Positions 23,730 through 35,700 of a DNA stretch of 64,000 nt are shown piece after piece. Within the stretch, counting starts at the first letter, position 1, and each line of letters opens with the position of its first letter. The translations under genes and the position numbers were made by a program. The notes below the pieces were generated by a model. The model had not been told where the DNA came from, ran no database searches, and saw only the letters and a program-made list of their open reading frames with translations. The stretch comes from Schmidtea nova (Eukaryota), in assembly GCA_044892505.1 (NCBI GenBank), contig CM097882.1, positions 480,996,001 to 481,060,000 on the forward strand, in the 5' to 3' direction.

Positions 23730-26700
23730 CTATACCATCATTATCGTCTTTTCCTCGTATCGTTCTTCATCTTCTATTTGTTTCCAGAATTCTTTACCTT
23801 TCGTTCTTCTTTGAAATTCTTTCTGTATCTCCTCTGGTATTTCTATTCCTAGTTTCATGATTTTGATATCTGGCCATTGTATGGCTATCGCTTTGTTTCT
23901 CTTTCTGTATCTCCAATATACTATTATGCTTGTCGTCAGTATTCCATATGCTATTAATATTCCTATACTCATTAATCCTATTATTGTTTTTCCACTGTTT
24001 GTTTCTCTTTTATTCTGGTTCGCTTTTATCTCATTTTGGGTTTGAGCCTCTGGCTTCTTCTCTTTCGGTATTTGACTCTTGACTTTGTTCATTACTTCTT
24101 GGGTAGACCAATGGCGATTTAGTAGTTGTTTGACGTTATTTTCTTTTGTCTGGTTTTCTACGTTTCCTGGTTCGATCTGTTGTTGTGGTTTCTCTGAGAT
24201 CTGATATAATCCGCATTCTGGTTTTTCTGAACCTTTTCTGGTGAAGGTACATATCGCGTATGTCCTATTTACTTCCATTTTCTTTAATTCGACTTTTTCT
24301 TTATTCTTTATTTCTTTACAGTGGGTTAGGTTGTCTTCTTCCACTTCTGGGTTGTACTTTATCCAACATATTCCTTTAACTGTCTGATCGAGTCCTGTTA
24401 ATGTCAGAGTTCTTTCTGTCTTGGTTAACCTTTCTTCGTCGAAGTTCAGTGTCTCTCCTTTTTGGAATGTTTTGCAATGCTCTATTCCGGGTTGATCCTC
24501 TTGGGTTCCTTTCTCCCATATACATATACTTCCTTCTTCGTTCATTTGTATTTCTTGTATTTCGATTTCCTTGTTTGTTCGTGATTCGTCGCTTGTCTGA
24601 ACTTGGTATTCCTTCCTTGGTTCGTTGTATGTTCCCCAGCATAGTTTGTTGCTACTTGTTTTCCTTATTGTTATGGCCATTTGTTCTATTATTATTCCTT
24701 TATCGATACGTTTGGACATTGCTAGTATTAATGCTATGCATACGCACTCCTGTTGGGGTGATATTCTTTCTCTCGTTTTATTGGTGCTTCTCTCCCCTTC
24801 TCTTGGTTTGTTCGTTGTATTTTCCTTCTGAGTTGCTGGTCGATCTATTGTGGTTTTGATCTCTTTCTTTGTTGGTTTTACTTTGTACCACTCAAGTCTG
24901 GGCGTTTCATATTTTTGACATACGACTGTCTTAGGTAGCCCTGACTTCTTTTCCTTTCCTATTATACATATCCGATGCATGATTCCTCTGTCCATCCCTT
25001 CTATTCGTACTATATCCTGGTCGGATTTTCTGATTATGCATTTTAGTGGGTTATCTTTCCCAATTGGTTCATCCTCTCTATTCCAGCATATTTTCTCGAC
25101 CTCCTGGACATTTACTATTTTTATCCCTGCTTGTAGATTTGTTGCTTCTTCCCTATTGATTAATGTTAGTATTATTGTTAGACCCAACCATTTTGAACTC
25201 TGCGGTAGGCTTCTGGTTCGCCTTTCATATTTTTTCTCTTCTCCTTTAATCTCTTTTATTTCCTTGTCTTTGTTGTTTATTCCTAGTTTTCCGCTTTTTG
25301 CTTCTTTCTTTTTTGGTTCTTCTCGTGCTTCTTCTTCTAGCATTTCCACTCCATGGCTTGTACTATCTCTATTTGTCCATTGGGTTACCGATTTCTTTGG
25401 GTTTATCTTGCGTATCCATATAGCTGATAACGCGATTATTACTGGTATGGTCGCTGTTAATATTCCTAAGCCAATTAGTTCTTTAATTTCTTTATTCTCG
25501 TCTGTTTGTATAGATTCGCTTTGGTTGAACATTATTCCGTATTGTCCCTTTAGTTTTCTCATTAATTGTTCCCGTTCCTCTTGCTTTCTTTTGACTTCCT
25601 TGATAACTTCTTCAGGTGTCCATTTTGCTTGAGGGTCGGTTATTGTTTTTTCTGCGTCCATTTGTTCATTCGTTTGGCTTAGTTCCTTGAATTCGAGTTT
25701 CCTTGTTATTCCTTTTGATGTTGCGTTTGCTGGTGTATAGTAGGTTTCGCATCTTTCTTGTTGATTTCCTAGTGCGTCCGTTTTTTCTATTGTACATACT
25801 TCATACTCGCTATTAAATTGTAGTTTTTCGATCTTGATTTCTTTATTTGTTTTTCTGCACTCTCTTGATTGTCTTCTTATATGTTTCTGAACTCTTATCC
25901 AACATATTTCTAATGTTTTATTCTCTATTTTCCATAATGTTAGAGTTGCTGATGTCTTTCTCTCGGGTTTTGTCGTAACTTCCTGGCTTATTGGTTGTTT
26001 ATTGTTTTTAAAGGTAGTGGTGTACTTCGGTTTTCCTTTGTTTTGTTGTTTTCTTTTATTTTTCCGTGTTAACGTTTTGGTTCTTGTTCCGGATGAAGTT
26101 GTATATATTCCGCATTCTAGGTCGTTTATCGTTATCTGATCATCTTTCTTTACCAAACATATTTCATAGGTTTGTTTACTTTCTAGACCTTTTATTTGTA
26201 TCATTGTTGCTCCTGTGCTTGTTTGACATTGTGGTGTCTTTCTTTCATTCGTTTCTTTTTCGTACTTCCTCCAGCATACTCCTTTCACATTTGGTTCTAT
26301 CTCTTTTATTTCTAATGTTATGTTTACTTTCTGCTTGATTTGTTTATTTCTCTTCCTCGTTCTCCTTCTGAACTTTATTACTTCTCCAGGTTGGAATGTT
26401 TTACATTTTATGGTACCTTTCTTGTTCCTCTCTTTTTCAAGTAGGCATAGTTTGTACGTCTTATCTGCTTTTACTTTGGATACTTTAATTACTTTATTCG
26501 TTGTTGGTTTTCGACTTTTCCTTATTTCATTTACGCCGATTTCCTCGTTATTCCTCGCCCAACATTTTATGTTAGTATTCTGTGTATCTTCTACTTCTGT
26601 TATTGTCATAGTTTCAATTTCTATTCCTTCCTCTAATCGTTTTATTATTATTAGTATGAGTGCTAAGCATAATACTTCCATTTGGTAAGACACTCTTTCG

Positions 26701-29700
26701 GTTTCGTTTGTGGCAATTCTTGTTTCGGGCCTCTTTATTGTAATTCGTAGGGTTGGTGTTGTTTGCTTATCTATTGCCTGGGGTTTTTTGTTTTCTGTTC
26801 CCTGTGTCTCTGTTCTTCCACATTTTCCGATGATGTAATCTCCTTTGGGTGACTGTTGTATTGTCATGGCTGCTTTAGGTGTTTGGTATTTTGCACATGC
26901 GATTGTGTTGTGTGATCTTGGATGCTTTTGTTTCCTAACGGTGCATATTTTGTACCAGGTATCTAGATCTAGGTCGTTGATCTCTATGATCTCTTGCTCG
27001 TGTTTTGAGATTCTGCAATCCATCGGACTATTTTGTTCCGTGATTTTGTCCTTTTTTGACCAACATACTCGTTCGATTCCTTTCGCGTTTTTTATTTGTA
27101 TTATTGCCCTTTCTTCACATGTCATTCCTTGACTTGGATTAATTAACGTTAAAATCACTGTTAGTAATAGTAATTCTGGTTTGAAGAATGGTTTTATGGT
27201 TGATTTATAACCTGTTCTTTGGGTGTCATTTTTATCTCCTTGGTCGTTTGTTCCTTGTTCTCTCTCTTCATCTCTTTGTTTTTCGTCTTCACCTTTCTTT
27301 CCTTCCTTGTCTCGTTTCTTGTCTTTTCTCTCGTTTTCCTCTTTATCGGGTGGTTCGTGATCGCTTAAATTTTCTGAGTTGTTACCGTCGTCACTATCTG
27401 TGTTGTCATCTCCCCCTGGCTCGTCGAAAATGTCGTCCTCGACATTGATTTCTTCTATTAGTTTCGCATATGCTAATGTCGTTAGATTACTTGCCTCAAA
27501 CTCTTGTGTTTCTACCTGTTCTGGTATTACTTTGTTAGTGGATTTATATTCTAAGATTTCCTTTTTGGCCTTGATCCAATTGTTGATGTATGTCTTCATC
27601 AATTCTTTCCATTTGCCTGTGTATTTTTCTTCTTTCGGGCTGGTTGTGATTCTTAGATCCTTTCTTTCCATAAACATCTTCAATATCTCTGGCCATTTAT
27701 ACGTTATTAAGGCACTTCTTATACACCAGTTTTGGTTATGTTCTGTAAATTTATTAATCCTGAATGCTGGTTCGTTAGTATTAGGATTTATCCACGTAAG
27801 TATTGATTCTGTTAGTTCGACGTTGTTCATCATTGCTAGTACACTGGGTTTCTTGACCGTATCAGTTAGGTGATCTATTTCTTCCTGATTTGGGACGGTT
27901 TTAATGAAATTGACCATTTCCCAATTGTGTGTTAATAATGCTACATCCAATATCGAATTATCTTTATCTGTCTTTCCTGTAAGTCCTGCACCTGCTTTGT
28001 ATAGTTCTTCTAATACCTTTGTTTTCGTTTTGGCCCTTGCTGCAAATACCATAAGTGTATCTCCTTTCTCGTCTATCATATTCATATTGCTTCCGCAATT
28101 TAGCATTACTCTTGCAATTTCCATTACTTTCCTATCTTTGCCATTTCGTAGAGCTCTATGTATGGGCATTATTCCGTCTTTTGGTAATAGGAATGTTACT
28201 GGCATCTCCTTTTTTATTATTACTATGTCGTTACCATTGTATGTTCCTTTTGCGTATGCGTGTACTTTTTCAACTAATGCGCCGAGTATTTCCAGTGCAT
28301 GTTTACTATTCTCGAATTCCGGTAACAATTCTTTTGCTTTTTCTTGTATCGCATCTAGTCTAGCTTGGTATGGTGCTTCTGCTTTGAAGAGTGGTGTGAG
28401 TTTCTTGTTACTTTCTCTTTCTTTTTTCTCTAAAACCTGTTTGCATTTTTCGGGATGGTTTAAGATTTTTACTAATTCCTCATATTCGCTTACTATTGTC
28501 TGGTATTTCTCGTTAAAATTGTTTATGTCTTTGTATGTTATTAGTTTATCAAGTGGTTTCGCACACCATTTCCTAATCTTATTGAATAAGGCTTCCTTCT
28601 CTTTATCGAATTTGTATTCTTCTTCATTCTTTGTGATGTTTATGTTTCCTCTGCCTAATAAGGTTAGTAATGTCTTCTGATCACAAGTAAATTTCAAAAG
28701 GTATCTTAACAGTGCGTTTTGTCCTTCGCTGTATACTTCGTTTATGTCTAAGACCCATGTATCATCTTCTGGTCGTTTCCATTTGATTAACTTACGGATC
28801 GTGTTGCATTTACCAATTTTGATTGCCTCTTTGATAATGTCTCCTTTAACTAGTTCGTCTATCTCCCAAGTGGAGTTAGCTATTATGTATTTCAGCATTG
28901 GTTGGTGAGAACTCCATATTACGTGATTTAGCACTGTTTTGTCCTCTCTATCTCGTTCTGTCCAACTGAAATGAGCTTTTATCAATAGATCTATCATTTC
29001 TTTATCTGCTTGGTGGATTGCGGCTGTCATTAATGGAGTTTCTTGTTCACGATTCCCAACGTCTAGGTTTTGGTTTGTTTCTTTTGCGATTTTCAAGAAT
29101 TCTTTTGCTCTTTCAATGTTTTTACACTGAATCGCATTATGTAAGGCCGGTTGTCCTCCTACATCTTTCAATAAGAGTATTTCCGGAATTTTTTCCAATA
29201 AATCCGAAATAATTGGTTCGGTTGGCAATCCTTGTGCGTAACGGCTAATTATATGTCTAATGTCCCTTGATATGCCTACTTCGTCTTTAACATGCCATCT
29301 TCCCATTATTTCTCTCGCCTTCAATATGATCTCTTTATTTCTGATTTCTTTTTGCCTTATTTCTGCTTTGTCGTCTTCAGTTGCATTAGCTCTGAGCATA
29401 TTTATCCTGGCTGTTTGTGATCTGGTTATTATTCGATTTTCTGGTGTTGTAGTTATCGTTTTAGGCACTTTCTTACATCTGCAGGTGTTTACATATATGG
29501 GTCGTACTAAGGGTCGATTTATTAGCTTAACTTTGACATTGTTGTCCTTTTTGTATATAATTTCATAAGGTCCTCTTCCAGGTCTTTGGAGTTTCTTAAC
29601 AGTTCCGGGTATTATTTCGGGAGTTTCTATTATCACCCAATCTCCTGGTTTTAGATCGTTCGCTTTAACATTTTTCTTCTGGTCGTGTAAGTCCTTATAA

Positions 29701-32700
29701 CTTTCCTGATAAAATTTAATGTTGAGTTCTGCTGTTTTCCATATTTCTTGCATTCTTTCTTTGAATTTGGTTACGTAGTCGTCATCTTCCATATATTGCG
29801 ATAATGGTGGCTGATACTCTAAATCTATGGGCATGTTGCATTCTCTTCCATACATAAGTTGAAATGGGCTTAGTTTTGTTGCTGCATGTATCGACATTCG
29901 GTATGCCATTAAACATAATTTTATGTATTCATCCCAGTCAGTTTGGTGTCTGCTGACGTAGTTTGATAACATTCTAATCAATGTGCCGTTGAATCGCTCC
30001 GTTTGTCCATTCGTTTGCGGGTGATATGGTGAAGTTCTCAATTTTGCTATTCTGAAGTAGTTTGTCACCTCGTTCAATAATTCACTCATAAAATTAGTTC
30101 CTTGGTCTGTGAGTATTTGTTTTGGAGTTCCGTATCTGCAACATATTTCTTCCACTAAAATTTTTGCTACAGTTTTTGCTTTTTGGTCTTGCATGGCAAA
30201 TGCTTCCGGGAATTTTGTTAGATAATCTGTTATCACTAATATATAAATATTTCCGTTTAGACTTTCTGGTAATGGTCCTATTACGTCCATTGCTATAGTT
30301 GTCATTGGCTCTGCTGGTATCGGCATTGGTTGTAGCGGGTTCTTCCATTTCTTCCCACTATCCTTTCTGGTTGCGCAAGTTAGACAATTTTTAATCCATT
30401 CTTTTATATCTTCTTCCATTGTTCGCCAATAATATTTTTGTCTCATACGATTTATTGTCTTCTTCTCGGACATATGGCCTCCTAATTTCCCATCATGGTA
30501 CTGGATCATTATCTCTTTCCTTCTGTTTTCCGGTAAACACATCAATCTCTTTTCTCCGTCTTGTATTAATAACCATCCTTTATTTATTATGTAGCGATGT
30601 TGATATTTTCCTATATGTTCCTTTAATTCCTTATTCTCTTTGAATACCTCCATATTTCGAGACGTTAGGAACTCTATGATCTGTCCCAATTCTTTGTCTT
30701 CCTGTTGATCTTTCTTTAACTCACTAAAATCTAAATCCTCCGCTATTAATACACAAATTCGTTGTACATCAGGATCGGTTAATTCTGGAAATGTCAGTCT
30801 TGACATACAATCTGCATTCGCATTCGCTCTTCCTGATTTAAATTTTATGTCTGGTGAGTACTCCTGTAACTGCATCGCCCATCGCATTAATCTACTGGAT
30901 GTTTCCTTGTGCTGTCCTAACCATACAAGCGGTTGGTGATCTGTTGTTATGCAGATGATGTGTCCCCATAATAAATATTTAAAATGTTTTATTGCTAGTA
31001 TAATCGCTAATGCTTCCCGTTCTGTTACTGAGTAATTTTTCTCATGCTTTTTGAATGTCCGGCTATAATATCCGATTACACGTTCTTTTCCTTCGTCATC
31101 GTATTGTCCTAATACGGCTCCTGCTGCATATCCGCTTGCATCTGTTGCAAGTAGGAATGGTTTCTTGAAGTCTGGGTGTACCAATATAGGTGCGGTTATC
31201 AGTTTATCTCTTAATGTCTCAAAGGCTGTTTGTTGTTCATCTCCCCATATGAATGATACATCTTTCTTTACCAGTTCCTGTATAGGCTTTGCGATTCCGG
31301 CGTAATCTTTTATAAACTTTCTATAGTATCCACATAATCCGAGAAATTCTTGTATTTGGGTTATTGTTTTTGGTACTGGGCATTCTTTTACTTTGTCGAT
31401 ATTTCTAGGATCCGGTTCTTTTCCTTTTGCTGACACTATATGTCCTAAAAATGTTACTTTCTCTTTCGCCCAATCACACTTGGATGGCTTGAGTTTTAAC
31501 TTCCATTGTCTAAGCCTAACGAATACATCTCGAATATCCTGTATGTGTTGTTCGAATGTACTAGAGTAAATCAATAAGTCGTCGATGTAGACCATGCACT
31601 GCTTTATTCCGTGGGTGACGAAATTCATGCATCTCTGAAATGATGCTGGTGCGTTCGTCAATCCAAATGGCATTTTCCGAAATTGATATAAATCTCTCCC
31701 GATGGTAAAGGCAGTTTTCTCCTTATCTTCTTCCTTCATTTTTATTTGCCAATATCCGCTTTTCAGATCTAACGACGTAAAATATGCTGCTCCTTGTAAT
31801 GTTAGTAGCATCTCGTTGATGTCTGGTAATGGGTAAGTATCTCGTTTTGTCACTGTATTCAATCTTCGGTAATCTATACAGAATCTCTGTGTTCCGTCTT
31901 TCTTCTTCACCATTACCACTGGAAATTGCCAGGGTGAACAACTTGGTTCGATTACTTCTGCATCCAACATTTTCTTCACTTCTGCTTCTGCTACTGCTTT
32001 CTGTGCTTCCGCTAATTTGTACGGCCTTAATGCAATTGGTGTTTCATCTGTTAATGGTATTGTATGTAGCGTGACATCACATGTTCCTAGATCCAAATCG
32101 GATGCTGCAAATATGTCCTTATACTCCATCAGCAGTTTTTCTAACTGTTTCTTTTGGTCCTTATTTAATAATTCACTATCAATATTCCAGGTTGGTTCTT
32201 TATCTTTCTCTGCCCCTTCTATTGGTAGTTCGATATCCATCATTGGGGTTAATTTACCTAATCTTTCGTTTTCGTATATTATTTTGTCCTCTTCATCGAA
32301 GTTTACTACGTTTATTGGGATTTCTCCATCATCGTTTATGTTAACTAGTCCTCTTGCCATTGGCAACGCTTTTCTTTTCTCGAATCTCTTACTTGGTTCG
32401 AAAATCATATCGCCTTGGATTGTCGGATCTATTTTTACGTAACATATTTTCTCCTTTCTTGCGGGTATTATCATTTGCTTTGAACTTGTCACTTTAGCTT
32501 CTATTGCGCATATTTGTCCTGTGCGATCTTTTAGTCTCATTGTTCCGAGATCGATTACAATTTCTTTAAATAATGCTGGCATCAAATCTGTTCCGATGAT
32601 GCAAGGTACGCTTAACGCTGGTATAACTGCTACGTATGTATCGATTTCCGTGTTTAAGTGGCGTATTTTTACCCACCATCTTCCTGCTACTTCTACAACT

Positions 32701-35700
32701 TCTTTGCTACATGCAATTACATGGACGTTTGTCCTTTCTATCTCCCGTCTTTGCTCTTGTGGTATCCATTTGATGTCGATGGCAGAAATGTTTGCTCCAG
32801 TGTCGATCATTGCTTCGATTTCTCTTCCGTTAATTTCTATTGTCGTGGTTAGTACTGGACCTGTGTTTGATGACATTACTGCGATCGTGTGTGTATCTCC
32901 TTGTGGATCCACACTTCTACATCTTCTCATTTTATAATCTTCTGGTATCATGGGGTATACATTTGTCATTGGCATCATTTGCATCGTGCTATTTTTTCCT
33001 CCTTGTAGTGGTTCTTGATACATGGTTGGTGGAGGTGCGTAACATTTCCATGCGTCGGCTGGATTCTTTTCGATGTATTGTGGTGCTTGGTTCTTATACA
33101 CTTGTCCTCCCTTATAGTCGTCATCGTCGTCATCGTCGTCACTCGAATCATTTTGGGTTTTATATCCTTTCATCCTCTCCCATAAACCTTTTCTTTCTCT
33201 CTTGAGCTGTTGTCTTGCTTGTTCGTCATTCATTATCTTTTTAAATTTTCGTCCTACTTCTTCATCTGTTCCTTTCATTTTTGCTAATATCTTTAGGAGT
33301 CTTTTTATTCGGTGGATATCTTTTGAGTGACCGTGTAACACCATCGTTTTCGCAAGGAATGGTAAAAATCCTACTACCATTTTCCAATTCACTTTCTTTT
33401 CTCTCTTGTAAATATCGAAACACGCTAACATTTGCGTTATTATCACTCTGACGATTTGTATTATTAATATAACCCCAAGTATTCCGGCCATCATTTGTCC
33501 GAATATCAGGAATCTTCCCCACATTGCTTTCATCATATTTTCGGTGGCTTTCTTGAAATGTGCTGGTGACAACAACAGTTCATAATTCGGTCCTTCTCGA
33601 TAATTCGTTCCTCCCGTTATCGTTACGATATTTGACAGTAATGCTTCTCTTCTCGCTGGAAATAATATATTCTGCCTTGCTGCTTCTAAATCTTTCGGAC
33701 TATATATTCCGTTGTTTGAGACATCTACGTCGCTGAATTGCCTATCCTTTGACAACTGCATTAATTCGAATTCTCTTGGTGCTATCACTTCGGATCTTCC
33801 TGGGAACATAACCCATTTACCATCTGGTTTTTGATAAAGTGGTCCATACGCATTACTACAGTTGAATGGATTTGGTTCAAACCCTGGTGGATTTATGATT
33901 CTCGTCACCGGTTGAACGTATCGTACTTTTCCTTTGTAATCGATTTCTAACTCATTTGTACAGGTTCCAGGTTTCAACTGTGTTGTTGCTGCTAGCGACG
34001 CGTGTGTTTTTTCGCAAATGTATACGTACATTGCTTCTCCGACCACTCTTCCGAAATGTCCTTCTCTCAGTGGTAATAATGGCATCGCGCTATCTGGATT
34101 CGTAATCGCTACGGCCAACTTTGTCTTTAATATTTCTCGATTTAGTATACAATCATTATTTATCAAATCGTAGTACACTTTTTGTAATGAGGCTTGTCCT
34201 CTATGGAATAGGAAATCCATTTTATTATTCACATACAAGTGTAGTTTGATATCCATTGTGTCGATTTTGGGTTTCGCATTTGGCACTTCTTGTTTTGACA
34301 CATATATTCCTGGATAATTCGTTTCGTATACCGTTGTACTACACTTAAGGGTTGCTTTCCCTTTTATGAATCTCATTCCCACATCTTGATTTGTGGTTAT
34401 CAACACTGTTGGTGTGGCTCTCATCTCTATCCGTTTTTCTCTATGATCTGGTTTCAGTTGTCTTTTATTCTCTAAAGCTTCCTTGAGATGCTTTGCTCTC
34501 GCTTTGTCGTCATCGTCTTCTTCCTGAAACGTTTTTCCTTGGATTTCGTCGAACTGTGCTCCTTGTAGCAGTTGTAATTGACATTCGTTCACCTTTGGTT
34601 TGTATACTAATGTTGACATTCCTGTTTGACACATGCTCCTGTCGATTTTACACATGGATAACGTTTTCATTTCTCCCGTTGTTGGTTCGAAGAATGCTTC
34701 ATAGCTTTTCAATTCGACTATATACGTATCCATCACCACTAAGTTGGTTGCGGGTACTCCGAATATTGGGTAGGTTTCTCCTTGACAATATCCTTCTCCT
34801 CCCGTAATCCGTCCTGCTACATAGTATGTCTGTTGCATCATCATTCCTGGCTTTCCTCTTATCTTGATTTTATCTCTTGTTGTTACTTCTCCATGTTTAA
34901 ACAGTGCTTCGCAGTCTTCTCCTTGTAACACGATTGGTTCTCTTTCCGTTCCTGGCATGACAATTGCTGAATAATGTCCTCTCCCGCAGTAGAATGCGAA
35001 TCTCGTCTTCTGCACTTTACATTCATTCACCATTGTCTTTATGAGTTCTGCTTCTTGATACACGTGGTACCATTGTTCCTTTTTAATCTTTTGCAACTCT
35101 ACCGGAGTTGCATCTTTGCATTGCTCCGTACCTCTCAATGAATACTTTTCTCCTAACTTCATTTGGTCACAATCAAACACTTCGAATGCTGTTGCGCTAT
35201 CGGTGCTAATCATCCAAATCAACATCATCATTATTATAGCACTCAGATTCATTGATGACTTTGCGTTTCCTGTTCCTGCTTGTTCTTTTCCTAACTCTTC
35301 CAATATTTTTTCGAATTTCTTTTTCATATTCTTCGCTTGCGTTTTCTTCTGGTTAGTTTTTATAAATGTTTCCCATCCTCCTTTGTTAATGACGTAGGGT
35401 TCTATTTCTCTAGCTATAATCTTTGCGGTATTTTTTATATGTCTCTCTAATGCAGTAGGTTTTGGTCGACCTCTACTCAATGTCAACAGATTGTATATCG
35501 TGTATGCAATGGCTATTACGTATTTGTTATCCGTTTCCGCTCCTTCTGTCAGTTTCTTTATTAACATAGTGGTCCCTTGCCAGTCTAAATGGTTTGACTT
35601 CGTTTTTTCTTTTATGAATTCCGGTAAGATGGGTGCAATTGCGCTGTGTAATGACTTCGCCTTTTCGCTTATCTCAGTTATCCGCCAGTATTTTCTCAAT

